From an uncultured virus (IMG/VR IMGVR_UViG_3300025736_000009) (Duplodnaviria > Heunggongvirae > Uroviricota > Caudoviricetes): a stretch of 64,000 bases of DNA. A program made the translations under genes and the position numbers. The DNA is taken from IMG/VR virus record IMGVR_UViG_3300025736_000009; one strand, written 5' to 3'. Positions 49,550-61,900 of this stretch are shown one piece after another; the stretch's first letter is position 1, and each line of letters starts with the position of its first letter. Under the pieces are notes generated by a model. That model did no database searches, was not told the DNA's origin, and was given only the letters and a program-made list of their open reading frames with translations.

Positions 49550-50363
49550 CATACCAGAACTCTTACATGCTAGTATGCAACACTCTGTAATAAGTGATAC
49601 ACTCTTTACAGAAAAATATCCAGATGAAGCTGTTACTATTCCAACAATAGTATGGAGTATTCATAGACGTATACCTGGTAAAGACGGAAAAGAAACAAGA
49701 AAACAAAGAATACGAAAAAAAGAAACATCAAGTAATAATAAAAGTGTTCTATACTTTGGACAATGGACAACGGTAATATATCAATTTGATTTATATCATT
49801 CTTCAGACCATGAAGTAAATAACTTGATGATGCGATTTGAGCAATTTCTAATGGAGTCTACTCCTGCTCTAGTAAGAGCTGGAGTTGAGACATTCATTTT
49901 TAATGAACAGGTAAAAGACTACACATTACCACCTGTACCATCTAGAACTGCTATTAGATCTCTTAGATATCTAACAGTGTTTACAGCGATATATCCAGTA
50001 TATCTGGAAAATATACGAAATATAAAGTTGATAATAGATATGGATGCAAAATTAGAAACTCTTGCAATAACAAGAAGTGCACTAACTATTGATAACATCC
50101 CATTACAGGAAACAGTAGACAACATAGTGCAAGATTTACGTATAGTAGAGATATACCAAGTAGGAGATAATCAAATAACTTCTGGAACAATACCAGACTA
50201 TATACTTAGTATAGACTACTATATAACCAAAGACGACGTTTCTGGGCAGTTATCTGTTGTTTGGATTACTGGGGGGAAGTCTCCAGAAACAGGTGCTACT
50301 TACTATATATACTACGAGAAAGTCGATGAATATTTAGAAATAGATACTCTAAGGACTCTTTAA
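49512..50363 (+). CDS. Putative tail terminator/completion protein
   Basis: PTIVWSI...YQFDLY...LMMRFEQF pattern; directly before sheath. Confidence 0.55.
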   Translation: MCQQMPRYLNPTNIPELLHASMQHSVISDTLFTEKYPDEAVTIPTIVWSIHRRIPGKDGKETRKQRIRKKETSSNNKSVLYFGQWTTVIYQFDLYHSSDHEVNNLMMRFEQFLMESTPALVRAGVETFIFNEQVKDYTLPPVPSRTAIRSLRYLTVFTAIYPVYLENIRNIKLIIDMDAKLETLAITRSALTIDNIPLQETVDNIVQDLRIVEIYQVGDNQITSGTIPDYILSIDYYITKDDVSGQLSVVWITGGKSPETGATYYIYYEKVDEYLEIDTLRTL

Positions 50364-50391
50364 ATTAATCTTCATCGAAGGAGACAAATCA

Positions 50392-52113
50392 ATGCCAAAT
50401 GCAAATATACCAGGACTGTCTATTCACTACAAAGATAATGGTCTTCTGGTTCCTATTGTTGAGGGAGGCCCATTAACCGACACTATACTAGTTATCGGTA
50501 CTGCATTAGACGGCCCAGTTGGGCAAGCTGTACGTGTAAATGCTAGTAATGCTGAAACGCTTTTTGGGCCACTTGTATACAATCAATACTATTCAGTACC
50601 ATCAACTTCTACCGCTACAAGCGGAGACTACAACAACAACACACTAATAAAAGGAATGTATGAAGTAGCTCTAGGAGGGTGTGCTGACATTCTACTAATG
50701 AGGGTTGGTGGAGAATGTGCAAATTCTGCAGACTCTATATTAGATGGAACAACTATGACATTACGATCTATTTATCCAGGTCGTATATATAATGGAATAA
50801 GTGCAGCTTTTACTTCAGCTAATGGCACAATGATAATAGATCAAACTTTACTTGCAAAGGGAGATTCACTTACATATACTCTTACTGGAAAAACTATTGC
50901 ACAGTTAATGACAGAAGTAAATAATGACCTAAGAAATAGAACAATAAGGGTATTAGCAAACTCTACAAGTTCATATACAGAAAATCCTCCAACTGCTACA
51001 TTAAATTCCACATTCTTCCTATCAGGAGGAACAAACGCTTGTGTTGGAGATGGGCTAACTGCAGTAACAGATTATGCAACTGCAATAGCTAATCCAACAA
51101 GTGGAGCATTTAGCGAATTAGAAGATACAGCAGCAGATATAGTATATCTCTCAGGTATCTATGCAGATGATGACCTATCTGGAGATGATTCTGGTAACTC
51201 ATCAATTGCTACACAATTAGCAAGTGCTTTATTCTTAGCAGCAATAAATGGATTCCCAAAAATAGGAGTTATTGGATTAAATCCATTACTTAACGTAGCA
51301 AGATCAGATATAGCAACTCATGTAACTAACTGTATAACAAGTACAGCAGCTATGGCAGATGCAAATAGAAATATCCTAAAAATGGGATATATAATGAATG
51401 CAGCACAACAAGGTGCTTCCCAGTTTACAGCAAGTGATCCTCGTACCGGAGTAACTGTAGACACAGGAAGATATATGCAAGTAATAGCTGGACCTGATGT
51501 TATACTATCACAAAAACAACTAGGAGCATACATAGATAGCCCAGCTGGAGTTTTTGCTGGATACATGAGCACACTACAGCCTCAAAGTGCAACAACAAAC
51601 AAATCACTACCTGGACTTGAAGGAGTTACTTATGAGTTTACAAATAAGCAAGTAAACCAACTAGCCGGTGGACAAGCCTACAATACAACTGACGATCTAA
51701 ATGGTTATGGTGGAGCATATGTTGCACTACGAAGAGCCAGTGATGGACGATTAGTTGTAAACCTTGATAACACAGCAGCAGTACGTAGAAGTGACTATAA
51801 GCATGCTCAGATTATGCGAATAGTTGATGCTGTAATTGAAAGAATAAGAAACATAGGTTTAGGATTCATAGGAGAACCAAACCACTTTGGAACAAGACAA
51901 GCGTTCCGAAATGCAATACGAATAGAGTTAGATGCAATAGCAGAAAGCAGAGCTATAGCTGGTGGAGAAAACATTGGATACAGCTTCTCAGTAACTGCTA
52001 ATGCTGTAGATACAGTTCTAGGTCGAGTAAGAGTAGAGCTAGTTATACGGCCAGCCCTACAAATACGGAGCATTAACGTAACAGTCGAACTTGCTCCACC
52101 AACGGGTGCTTAA
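50392..52113 (+). CDS. Tail sheath protein
   Basis: N-terminal IPG, VIGTALDGP, C-terminal FIGEPN...VELVIRPALQIRSINVTV; AAGGAG RBS. Confidence 0.9.
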   Translation: MPNANIPGLSIHYKDNGLLVPIVEGGPLTDTILVIGTALDGPVGQAVRVNASNAETLFGPLVYNQYYSVPSTSTATSGDYNNNTLIKGMYEVALGGCADILLMRVGGECANSADSILDGTTMTLRSIYPGRIYNGISAAFTSANGTMIIDQTLLAKGDSLTYTLTGKTIAQLMTEVNNDLRNRTIRVLANSTSSYTENPPTATLNSTFFLSGGTNACVGDGLTAVTDYATAIANPTSGAFSELEDTAADIVYLSGIYADDDLSGDDSGNSSIATQLASALFLAAINGFPKIGVIGLNPLLNVARSDIATHVTNCITSTAAMADANRNILKMGYIMNAAQQGASQFTASDPRTGVTVDTGRYMQVIAGPDVILSQKQLGAYIDSPAGVFAGYMSTLQPQSATTNKSLPGLEGVTYEFTNKQVNQLAGGQAYNTTDDLNGYGGAYVALRRASDGRLVVNLDNTAAVRRSDYKHAQIMRIVDAVIERIRNIGLGFIGEPNHFGTRQAFRNAIRIELDAIAESRAIAGGENIGYSFSVTANAVDTVLGRVRVELVIRPALQIRSINVTVELAPPTGA

Positions 52114-52125
52114 GGAGTTAATTAA

Positions 52126-52860
52126 ATGGCAGACCGAATATTAGCAAACAATAAACTCAATATGAGAGCATTCTCTGGATGTGACATGACTGCATACATA
52201 AATGGTAAGCAGTGTGGAACACTACAGGCTGTTACTGTCAGCATTACAAGAGAAGCTTTACCTATATATACAATGGGAAACTGTGACTTACGTGCTGTTG
52301 TACGTGGAAAACGCGGAATAGCTGGAACGTTAGTATTTACTAACTTCGATAGACATGCTCTGTTAAGAGATCATTTTGCAGATGATACAGGAAAAACACT
52401 GTATGGTACAAGGTTTGGAGAGATTGAGCAAATGGAAAGACTCATAAGTGAAACTGAGTATTCACAATTCTCTTCAGTAAATGCTATAAGCGATATAAAT
52501 AACCGCTTTGCAATAAATGGAAACCCAACAGTAGACCTTCTTCCTGGAGCAAATGGTAATGATGTAACTCTTACTAATGTGCAAAGAGAAGTTGCAGAAG
52601 TCTATAATATGGTAAGAAATAGAGTAGTAAGATACTCTGATGAAATACCTGAGTTTGATATCTGTCTTACAATGGTAAACGAAAATGGAGATGCAGCATG
52701 GGCAACCATCAATGGTATTACTCTTCTAAATGAAGGAAGTGGATATACTATGGATGATTTAAGTTCAGAAATTGCATATACCTTTATAGCACGAACGGTT
52801 ATACCTCTAACTGCTATTGAGTCTCCTGTACAGTTTAACTCTAAGTACGGTACAACTTAA
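52126..52860 (+). CDS. Tail tube protein
   Basis: Follows sheath; FSGCD, RGKRGIAGTLVF, GITLLNEG. Confidence 0.75.
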   Translation: MADRILANNKLNMRAFSGCDMTAYINGKQCGTLQAVTVSITREALPIYTMGNCDLRAVVRGKRGIAGTLVFTNFDRHALLRDHFADDTGKTLYGTRFGEIEQMERLISETEYSQFSSVNAISDINNRFAINGNPTVDLLPGANGNDVTLTNVQREVAEVYNMVRNRVVRYSDEIPEFDICLTMVNENGDAAWATINGITLLNEGSGYTMDDLSSEIAYTFIARTVIPLTAIESPVQFNSKYGTT

Positions 52861-52901
52861 AGGAACTCACTACAACGACCTCTCTCTAGTAGACATATTT
52901 A

Positions 52902-52938
52902 TAAGAGGTCGGCATAACACACCGGCCTCTTCTTTTTT
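52902..52938 (+). terminator. Rho-independent terminator
   Basis: AAGAGGTCGG / CCGGCCTCTT followed by CTTTTTT. Confidence 0.8.
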
Positions 52939-53017
52939 CCTCTATAAACTATAAAAATTTATAGATATTTACTATAATGTATAATAGGAAAGAGCACATA
53001 AGCTAAAACACATCATC

Positions 53018-53695
53018 ATGTCACAACAACCAACTACTAATCCTATATACGATACAACTCGTGCTTTTTCTGCTTGTGATATTATTGCAACAATACAACC
53101 ACAACCAGCATATGGCATATTAAAACCAATGCTTCTTGGAACATTAGCAATGTTGTCAGTAAGTTCACACAGAGATAAATTTCCTGTCACATCTTGTTCA
53201 CGAATAGGGCCAAAAGGATTTACCGCTGGTCACCGTTTGATTGGTGGTACACTTGCATTTAATACAATTGACAGAGAAGCCTTTACCAAAATAACAGATA
53301 ATGCAAGAAAAATGTGGAAGACTCCAGATGTTGTATTAGCAGATGAGTTTCCAGGATTTGACGTAATTATAACATTTGTAAATGAAATTGGAAACGCAAG
53401 TTACTCAACAATAGAAGGCATAACAATACTAGATGAAGGTATAACCTATAGTTTAGACAACATAGCCCTAATGGAAAGTTATTCATACATGGCTATATCA
53501 CGAACTCCATTACAACCAGCATATATAACAAGCAAAAATAGCAATGATGGTTCTGAATATGTTAGTAGAGAAAGCAACTATACAGAGGATGATAACGCAT
53601 TTTCAAAAACACAATATGATACTTCTACTGTGTTTGATGACACGCTACTGCACATAAATCAAACCGGAATACATATAGTTGGACCAACATTCTAG
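53018..53695 (+). CDS. Tail tube-like protein (paralog 2)
   Basis: FSACD, AGHRLIGGTLAF, GITILDEG. Confidence 0.7.
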   Translation: MSQQPTTNPIYDTTRAFSACDIIATIQPQPAYGILKPMLLGTLAMLSVSSHRDKFPVTSCSRIGPKGFTAGHRLIGGTLAFNTIDREAFTKITDNARKMWKTPDVVLADEFPGFDVIITFVNEIGNASYSTIEGITILDEGITYSLDNIALMESYSYMAISRTPLQPAYITSKNSNDGSEYVSRESNYTEDDNAFSKTQYDTSTVFDDTLLHINQTGIHIVGPTF

Positions 53696-53704
53696 TAGGA
53701 AAAT

Positions 53705-54550
53705 ATGAGATTATTTAAATTACCATCTAATAGTAATAGAACAATGCCTGGAGTTACCTATAGAACTGGAGAAACTCGTAAGGATACACCTGACTGGATA
53801 TTACAGCGCTCTTTTAACTCTAATTACTATTCAGGATTAGATATGAGCTGTTACTTTAGTAACATTTATATGGATGAAATAATACAACTTACATTCCAAG
53901 AAGCTGAACAAACACGACCAAATATGGGATATGCTGATTACACATATAGGTCTGTAACGCACGGAGCACGAATTGTACAAGGGTCTTTTACTATAAACTT
54001 TAAAGAAGCTTACTATATACCAAAGTTATTAGATTATTTAGCAAGTCCAGAAACAATAGATAAAAAACTAGAAGCACTAACAAAAGAAGCAAAAGAAGAA
54101 ACTGATGCTTCTGTATTAGAAATGAAAAGACTCGCTCTTAAAGGAGACTTTAGTATGGAGGACTTTGTGAATTCTTCTACAAAGAATAGAGAAGAAGGTG
54201 GACTATGGAGTGAACTTATGGATGCGCTTGACAGTGCGTTCTGGGGGGAAGATACTGAGTTATCAAACGCATATAAAATAAAGTCTGGAGCATCTCAAGC
54301 TCGATCAGCTTCATTTAAAACCAGACCAAAATTTTACACAACAGAAGATGGATTTGAAATAGTAGTAAAGTATGGACAACCAGAAGAAAATGTAGATAAT
54401 GACTCATACGCCCAAGGAAGTAGATTTCCAAGATGGGGAACATTAGAAACTTTACAAAATTGTCACATAACAAGTGTGGCAAAATCAATAGACGATTCAG
54501 GAAAAAATATATTAGAAGTTTATAGTTTTATAGCTTCTACAGTCGCTTAG
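53705..54550 (+). CDS. Tail tube-like/baseplate hub protein (paralog 3)
   Basis: YSGLD, HGARIVQGSFTINF, EVYSFIA. Confidence 0.65.
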   Translation: MRLFKLPSNSNRTMPGVTYRTGETRKDTPDWILQRSFNSNYYSGLDMSCYFSNIYMDEIIQLTFQEAEQTRPNMGYADYTYRSVTHGARIVQGSFTINFKEAYYIPKLLDYLASPETIDKKLEALTKEAKEETDASVLEMKRLALKGDFSMEDFVNSSTKNREEGGLWSELMDALDSAFWGEDTELSNAYKIKSGASQARSASFKTRPKFYTTEDGFEIVVKYGQPEENVDNDSYAQGSRFPRWGTLETLQNCHITSVAKSIDDSGKNILEVYSFIASTVA

Positions 54551-54563
54551 GGAGGAACTCAAC

Positions 54564-55256
54564 ATGAATCACGAAGCATTATCAGAATTCGATTACAGTC
54601 AGCCAAACATAGATGAACTAAAAAAACAATATGGAGATATATATAAAGTAGGTGTAGCAGATACAGACTTTATTATACGGCCTCTATATAAAGATGACTG
54701 GGATACAGTTGTACGTTTAGTAAATGATAATCCAAATCTATCACAAGCAGACTTTGATGATAAGGTAGTAGACTGTGGGCTTATTGGTCCAAGACCAGAC
54801 TTTGGTAAAGGTGGATGGTCAGTACTACCTGCAGGAATTCCATCTACTCTATCTATGTATATACGTGGTAAAAGTGGATTTGTTGTACCAGAACTTCCAG
54901 ATGCAATGTCTGTACAAATAGATTCAGTTGCTAAAGCAGCACCAAGACCAGACCCAACTCCAGAAGAAATAGAAAAATTAAAAAAAGAATGTCCTTTAGA
55001 TTTATGGTCACTAAAATTAGATAGTTTTACTTTTATGGTAAGACCAATAACACGACAAGAATGGAGAGCTGCTGTTACAAAATCTCAAGAAAGTAATGAC
55101 CAAGAACTTAGAAACTTATTAGTAGCAGACAGAGCCGTAATATGGCCTAAAAAAATAGATTGGAATAAAGAACCAGCCGGACTATGTGAAACAATTACAG
55201 AATTTGTTCTTAGCATATCTGGATATACAGCCCAACCAGATGTAGAAAAACTGTAA
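54564..55256 (+). CDS. Tail assembly chaperone-like protein (internally duplicated)
   Basis: ELKKQYG...FIIRPLYKDDW and KLKKECP...FMVRPITRQEW, each followed by PAG...SG. Confidence 0.65.
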   Translation: MNHEALSEFDYSQPNIDELKKQYGDIYKVGVADTDFIIRPLYKDDWDTVVRLVNDNPNLSQADFDDKVVDCGLIGPRPDFGKGGWSVLPAGIPSTLSMYIRGKSGFVVPELPDAMSVQIDSVAKAAPRPDPTPEEIEKLKKECPLDLWSLKLDSFTFMVRPITRQEWRAAVTKSQESNDQELRNLLVADRAVIWPKKIDWNKEPAGLCETITEFVLSISGYTAQPDVEKL

Positions 55257-55265
55257 AACATAGTC

Positions 55266-55889
55266 ATGTTAGATCTAAATGAATATGAAGATATCTATAC
55301 AATAACTATATTGGATGAAGTCTTCTCATATAGATTAATCAGTAGAGGAGAACTACGACGGGCTCAAAACCAAGCAGCTGGTAATTCTGTTGAGTTCGAA
55401 GATCTAATATGTAAACAATGTACCATATCCATACCAGATACATTTGCTGGATGGGATGAATGTCTTGCTGGTATACCCTCTATGTTAGCACAAGCTATAC
55501 TAAATGCTAGTGGTTTCTTATCAGAAGATTCTGTAAGAGCACTAGAGCAAGAAGCAGCAAATTGGGTAAAAACACAAGACTCCCGATTTGATGCTCTTAT
55601 AACATTCTGTCATCCAACTATTACAGATATTGAGTTAGATAATATGTCTCCAAAACGATGGCACAAATTAGCTGCAAAATCGCAATTAATAGCAGCAGGA
55701 CTTTATGGCATAGATACGTCTGGGTTTTTAGATACATCAGAAGATACAAAAGTACAAACTGAAAAGCCACAAATACCACAACAGCAAACAAATATAAATA
55801 ATCCATCCTCACTGCAGCCTCAAGAACACGGTATTAACAAGGCAGCATCTCACATTGAAACAGAAGGAACCTTCAGCTTTAAAAGATAG
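55266..55889 (+). CDS. Tail assembly chaperone-like protein
   Basis: FSYRLISRGE...LAGIP...ASGF, same repeat unit as previous gene. Confidence 0.6.
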   Translation: MLDLNEYEDIYTITILDEVFSYRLISRGELRRAQNQAAGNSVEFEDLICKQCTISIPDTFAGWDECLAGIPSMLAQAILNASGFLSEDSVRALEQEAANWVKTQDSRFDALITFCHPTITDIELDNMSPKRWHKLAAKSQLIAAGLYGIDTSGFLDTSEDTKVQTEKPQIPQQQTNINNPSSLQPQEHGINKAASHIETEGTFSFKR

Positions 55890-55903
55890 AGGGTTCCTTT
55901 TTT
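55864..55903 (+). terminator. Rho-independent terminator
   Basis: AAGGAACCTTC / GAGGGTTCCTT followed by T-run. Confidence 0.7.
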
Positions 55904-55918
55904 ACTTCTACACCTTAT

Positions 55919-58900
55919 ATGAATACATACGAAAACCAAAATACAAGATGGAAAATACTTGGAGTAGGTGCAGCTACTGCTGCAATACTTGGTAGAAAGA
56001 AAATAGCAGCCTTTGCACTACGTGGTGCAGAGACTATAGCTGCTCGTCTAGCAACAGCAGAAAGAACAGAAGCAAGGTTTGCTCTAACACGTTTTGCAGA
56101 TGATGTAGGTCGTGCTATAAATGAAACAATACCAAGTAGAGCACGAATGCAAGTAGGAGAACAACGATTACGAGGATATCTTGGAGATGCTGGTTGGGTT
56201 AACCCACAAGTAGATAATCTATTTGGATATGAGGGTGGAGTTGCTCCATATAGTAGAATAAAAACATGGATATCTCCTGGTGATCCTCTTCCAAAAAACC
56301 TGATGGATGATACCTATTCTGGGCTTAGATCATCATTTGAAGGCACAGGAAAAGGTGTAGATGAAATATCCGCAGATCTTCTAGCGGCTAGAAAAAGACT
56401 TTCAAATGATCATCTATTTGACAACTCATTTGGACTTCCAACTGATCCAAGAGCATCTTCATTACAAGCTCAAGTAGCAAGAGCAAAAGAAGAACATCAA
56501 AGACTACTAGCACGTGCTCTAACAAAAAGAACAGCATCTTCAGAAAAATATACAAACATTGCTTTAGGGCAACATAGTAGTTGGACAGACGCAATAGCAG
56601 AAAAAGTATTTGGTGCTAAGCGCGTTACAGTAGGTAATGTTTTAACTAATAGAGCTAATTTTACAGCCGAAGTTATAGAGCAAGCAGAAAAAACAAGTAA
56701 AACCTTAGCACACACTCTAGGAAAACAAGCTGATACAGATGTAATAAACAAAGCAGTTCTTGGAGAACTATGGACAGTTAATGGAAAACAAGTAACAGAT
56801 CTTAGAGGAGCATCTAAGTTAATAGGAAAAGGTATAAGTTGGTTAAATGAAAACGTAGAAATACCACTTATACCTTTTGTTGGAGGATTCAGCCCATTTA
56901 GATTATTTCCTTGGTTAACAGGTGAAGTTAAACTTGGACATACTCTTATAAAAAGTAACACTCTTGGTAAACAAGCACTAATAAAAGGACTATTCTCAGG
57001 AAACCAAGACATATCTTTAGTAGGTAATACTGCTGTTGGAATGCGCTTTGGTGACTCACTAGCTATAGATAATGTAATATCAGATGCTGTAGACAATATA
57101 ACCGCACTACATGCTGACTATGGCCTTGGTGAGCATTTAATGCGTAACCTATTAGCCAGTAAAGCAGCAAAAAAAGATAGAATTACTCGAAGTGGATCAG
57201 GAAAATTATTAGATCTAGCTGGATTTGGTACAGGTGGAAATACAATTATAGAGAAGTTACAAAATTTCTTTTCTACAGGAAGACAACCAACAGACTCTGT
57301 ATTTAGACAAGCAAGATCTATCTTTACTAAGTTTGCGGATCCTTCTAAGTTTCCAGAAAACTCAGAACTAGCAAGAATAGCTAAAAGCTATCCAGCAGGA
57401 GCACTAGAACGAATATATAAGAATCCAACAGCGCCTGCTGCTACAATGGAAAAAGACATAAGAACAGTAGCTACTCTCTTACAAAAAGTAGGAAAAATAT
57501 CTCCACAGAATGTAAGAAAAACACTTCAAACAGGAATGTTTCCTAATGCTCCAGAGGTTGCGAGTGTTTTACAGAACATAGAGAATGATGCTGATATAGT
57601 AAAATTCTTCCAACAGAATAGGTCATATGGCCTAAAGGCTTCTTCTAAAAAACTATCAATATTATTAGAGGACTTTAGTGTAAGTCCAAATGAAGTTCTT
57701 GATAGAACACAAAGAGTAACAAGCAAATCACCGCTTATGGATAGGCTTCTTGGTGCTCCAGAATCTAAACACGGCATAGACCTGATGAGAGAAGCTCTCA
57801 TAGATGAATATGCCATACGATATGCAAATCCAACAGAGTTAGGTATAACTACGCCTCTTATAACAAAACTTACACAAGCAAGATTTGGCTTAGAAGAACA
57901 AGAATTAGAATTAGCAAAAGCAGCAGTCTATGGTTCTCAAATAAGAAGCGTATTAGAAGTACAAGGAGCAGAGGCAGCCAGAGATCTATTAACTAAAAAA
58001 GTAGAGTCATCCTCAATAAAAGAAACCTCAGAATATGTAATGAATAACTTCTTAGGTCTTCTTGATATACATACTCCTCCTCAAGTATATGAAGGCCCAC
58101 AACGCCTATTAGTAAAACAACATGCTGGACTAATTAAAACACTTAATGATATTACCAAATCTGGTGGATCATTCCAGGACATGATAAAGCAATTTGCTGG
58201 ATCAGATTTTACAAAACAATACGCAAGTACATTTGTACAAGGTGCAGATTCTGGAAGTATAACACGAACCAGTCTAAAACCTTACTTCTTTGCTACACGA
58301 TTAAATGAAGCACTAACTCCATTTGGATTAGGATTAAATCCAGAGAACCTTGGAAGTGGAGCAGACATAATACGTGGATTAGTTGTTCAACGAATACTAC
58401 CTGGTGTAGCAGCAGTTGAAGCATGGAAATATATAAACTATGAAAGTGAAAACTTAATAGGAGCACGGCCAGAAGAGGGCATAGCAAACATAAGAGCCAA
58501 CCTTAAACTACAGTGGGCTGGTCTTAACGATTGGGAAAAATTCGCAGAACTACATCCAGGATCTAAATACTACATGTCTGGATTAAACAAAGCAGACATG
58601 GCAAAGCAATTAGATAGTGGCTATGTTCCTATACGAAAAGGAAGGTTCTGGTTATTTGGCTCAAGATCGGCATTTTATGGAGATAGAGTATCTTACTTTA
58701 TGCCAGATCCTTACCAACTGGCAAACTCCGAATGGCAAGGCGCTGAGAATGTAGATTATAACAATAAAGATTATTGGAGTCGATCTGCTATCCCTACACC
58801 TCGATACCCACTCAGTACTATCAATAGGCTATTAGATCCGTACGCTTTTGAGCACAAACATTCTGTAGGCCCAAATCCAGATCGGCCATACATTTTTTCG

Positions 58901-61900
58901 GGTGAGCCTTTTACTCGTGAAACACTATGGGGTCCAATACTAAACGCAACAATAGGAAAGATAATAAAACCGAGAAGAGTATTACACCCAGATTATCTGC
59001 CAGAAAACTTAGAAGAAACACAATCTAAAAAACAATTAAGAGCACTAAATGAAGCTACTAAGCATGAAGCAAAAGCAGGTGGAGGAAAATGGAACCAACC
59101 AATTAGAGGTGGAAAAGGAAGTGAAACCCTAGCAGACTACTCTGCTAGTCCAATGATATTGACTGAAGGTTCTCTTGCTACTCTAACCTCAGCAGGACAA
59201 GTAGCACTATCTGAACTTCCACCAGGTATGTCAGATCCATGGAGTAAAAGAACAATAGGTGGAGCAAGGCGTGTAATACGTAAACAACTTGAAAAAATAA
59301 ATAGAGAACTTAAATCACAAGGTTCATCTAATATACCAGCACGCCTACAAGATATCTATGGACAAGAAAAAGCATTTACAGCAGAACAACTAGAAGATGT
59401 TGATTACATAGGTAACGCAGAATTAGGTAGTTATCTAACGCGAGAAATGATGGGACTCTATGGATGGATGGCAGGTATTCCTCTTGGAGATAGAACTGGA
59501 ACAGTAATGGCTGATGCTTCAAGAGCATACAGTTATGAACGTAAATACTGGGAAGCGGAGCTTGGAGGATTAGGAGGTTTTCTTTGTCTTACTCCAAATA
59601 TGTTACTACAACAAGACTTTGGTACACCAATAGAAGTAAAAGATATTACAACTGGAACCACACTACTATCCAGATATGGAATACCACAAGAAGTATTAGC
59701 AGTACATAGCCGACATATTAATGAAGACATACGCTGTATAGAAACATACTGTGGTGGATTTCCTCTTAGTGCCACAAGTGAACATCCAGTATTCGCAATA
59801 AGTACAGAATATTGTGAACATAAAGATGGAAGAAAAAAGAATTCATCTTGTATTCCACACTGTAATAAATTCCAATCCTGTGAATTTAACTATCATCAAC
59901 ACTATACTCCAGAATGGATAGCAGCAAAATACATAAAGAAAGGAGATTATATAGCATATCCAATACCCAAACAAAGTAATATACTAACTAAATTAAATAT
60001 AGTAACTACTATAGGACTATCTTCTATAACAGATTTTGATAACAGATTTGCCTTTGATAATTGTAAAAACGCAGCAGTATCCTTTCCAAAAGAACTACTA
60101 TTAACAAAAGACTTAGGAAAGTTTTTAGGACTATGGTTAGCAGAGGGAAGTTTTGGTAATAGAGATAAAGGAAGACTTTATGAAATTCATTTTGCCTATG
60201 ATAGAGATGAAGAATCTTATGCCACATTCTGTAAAGATTTTGCAAACTCTTTAGGATTAAATACTACAGCAGCAACAACAAAAGAAGGATACTGGTATAC
60301 AAGGGTATGTAATAGAGTTCTTGCCGAATTCATATTTGCTGCCTTTGGAGCAAAGAATGATAAACGTATTCCTTCAGAACTATTAAATACACCAAAAGAA
60401 TTTTTATTAGGAATATTAGAAGGACTATTTCGTGGAGATGGGCATTGTAGGTCTGATAGAACAAATAAAACAGATCTACGAATATCTATTGTAGCATATA
60501 AACTGGCGTTACAAATATTTAATATCTTAATAATGTTAGGATATACTCCAAGTTTATCTATAAAAAATAGAAAACGAAGATTCTTTATTAATGACATTAC
60601 AAAAAAAAGATATAAAACAAAGCCACAATTTTGTGTAACTTTAAATGGAAATGACGCAAGAAATTTAAGAGATCAATTAGGCTTATTACATTTTGGTAAT
60701 TATCAACCAGATAACTCAAACAATGAAGGGCTTTCCTGGAGAGACGCTAATTTTATCTATTTCAAAGTAAAAGAAAACTATCCAACAGCTTATGAAGGAT
60801 TAGTATATGACTTTACTATGGATGGAGATCCAAGTTTCTGTACAATTGGTATGATTGTACATAACTCCGAGATAGGTAGAAGATTTATGCCTCACAGATT
60901 TAGACAGGTAGAGGAATACAATACAGTACCAAACGCTTTTGAAGAAACATGGCTACCTGGGTCTAATTATTTCACGAATTTCCAAACAGGAGACATGTAT
61001 ACAAAATTACGAGCGGCGGGGGAAGTAAGACTACCTGGAAGTGCATATGAACGCATACATAATATGCCTTTAATGAGAACACGAGCATCCTCTCTTGGTA
61101 AAAGTGTAAATGAGTTAGTAGCAGAAATGGTAAACATAAAAGAAGCCAACTCTGCTTATATGGAAAACATAATGGATGAAGGAACTCAAATACACAAAAA
61201 ATACCAAAACAAATGGAAAAAACTTGGTATATTAGAAGATGAAGAAGTAGAACTTTATAATCCAGAGTTAGGTATCTCTGGACATATGGATGCGTTATTA
61301 AACTTAGATGGTAAAAAATATGTAACAGAAATTAAATCTATGTCAGATAAAAGATTTAATTCTGGAGAAATATTCGCAAGTCACTTAGATCAGTTAAACT
61401 TCTACATGAATGAATCTGGAATACACAGAGGATTGCTATTCTATATGAATAGAGACAATCCAGAACAAACAAGAATAGAACATGTAGGATATTCAAAAAG
61501 AAGAGTATCTAATCTATTCCAGAAAGTAGAAGAAGCACGATCAAAAGTTAGAGAAATGATTGACTCCGGCGAGGTATCAAGAGCAGATCTATATGATATG
61601 ACAACAAGATTTGAGATCCTGGCAGATACGTGTGTACATCCACTTACGTATATACGCACATCAGATGGCTCAGTAAAACTAGCAAAAGATGTTAAAGTTG
61701 GTGATAGAGTTATTTCCCATAAAGGAGATTCTAAAGCTGTCACTCGTTGTGCTATACGCCACTATAGTCCACATCTCATAAAACTAAATGTTGCATTCAT
61801 ACCAGCACACCCATTATTAGCAACTCCAGAACATCCGATTTACACAATTAAAGCCCCAAGCAATGCTAAAAATATACCACAATATAACGCCAACAATGAT

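Noticed and set aside
54564..55889. Programmed frameshift between tail chaperones
   Set aside because: Both ORFs are in the same frame with their own start codons; no convincing slippery site at the junction
61080..61560. Cas4 gene indicating a CRISPR system
   Set aside because: It is an internal domain of a giant ORF, lacks the Fe-S cysteines, and no array is present
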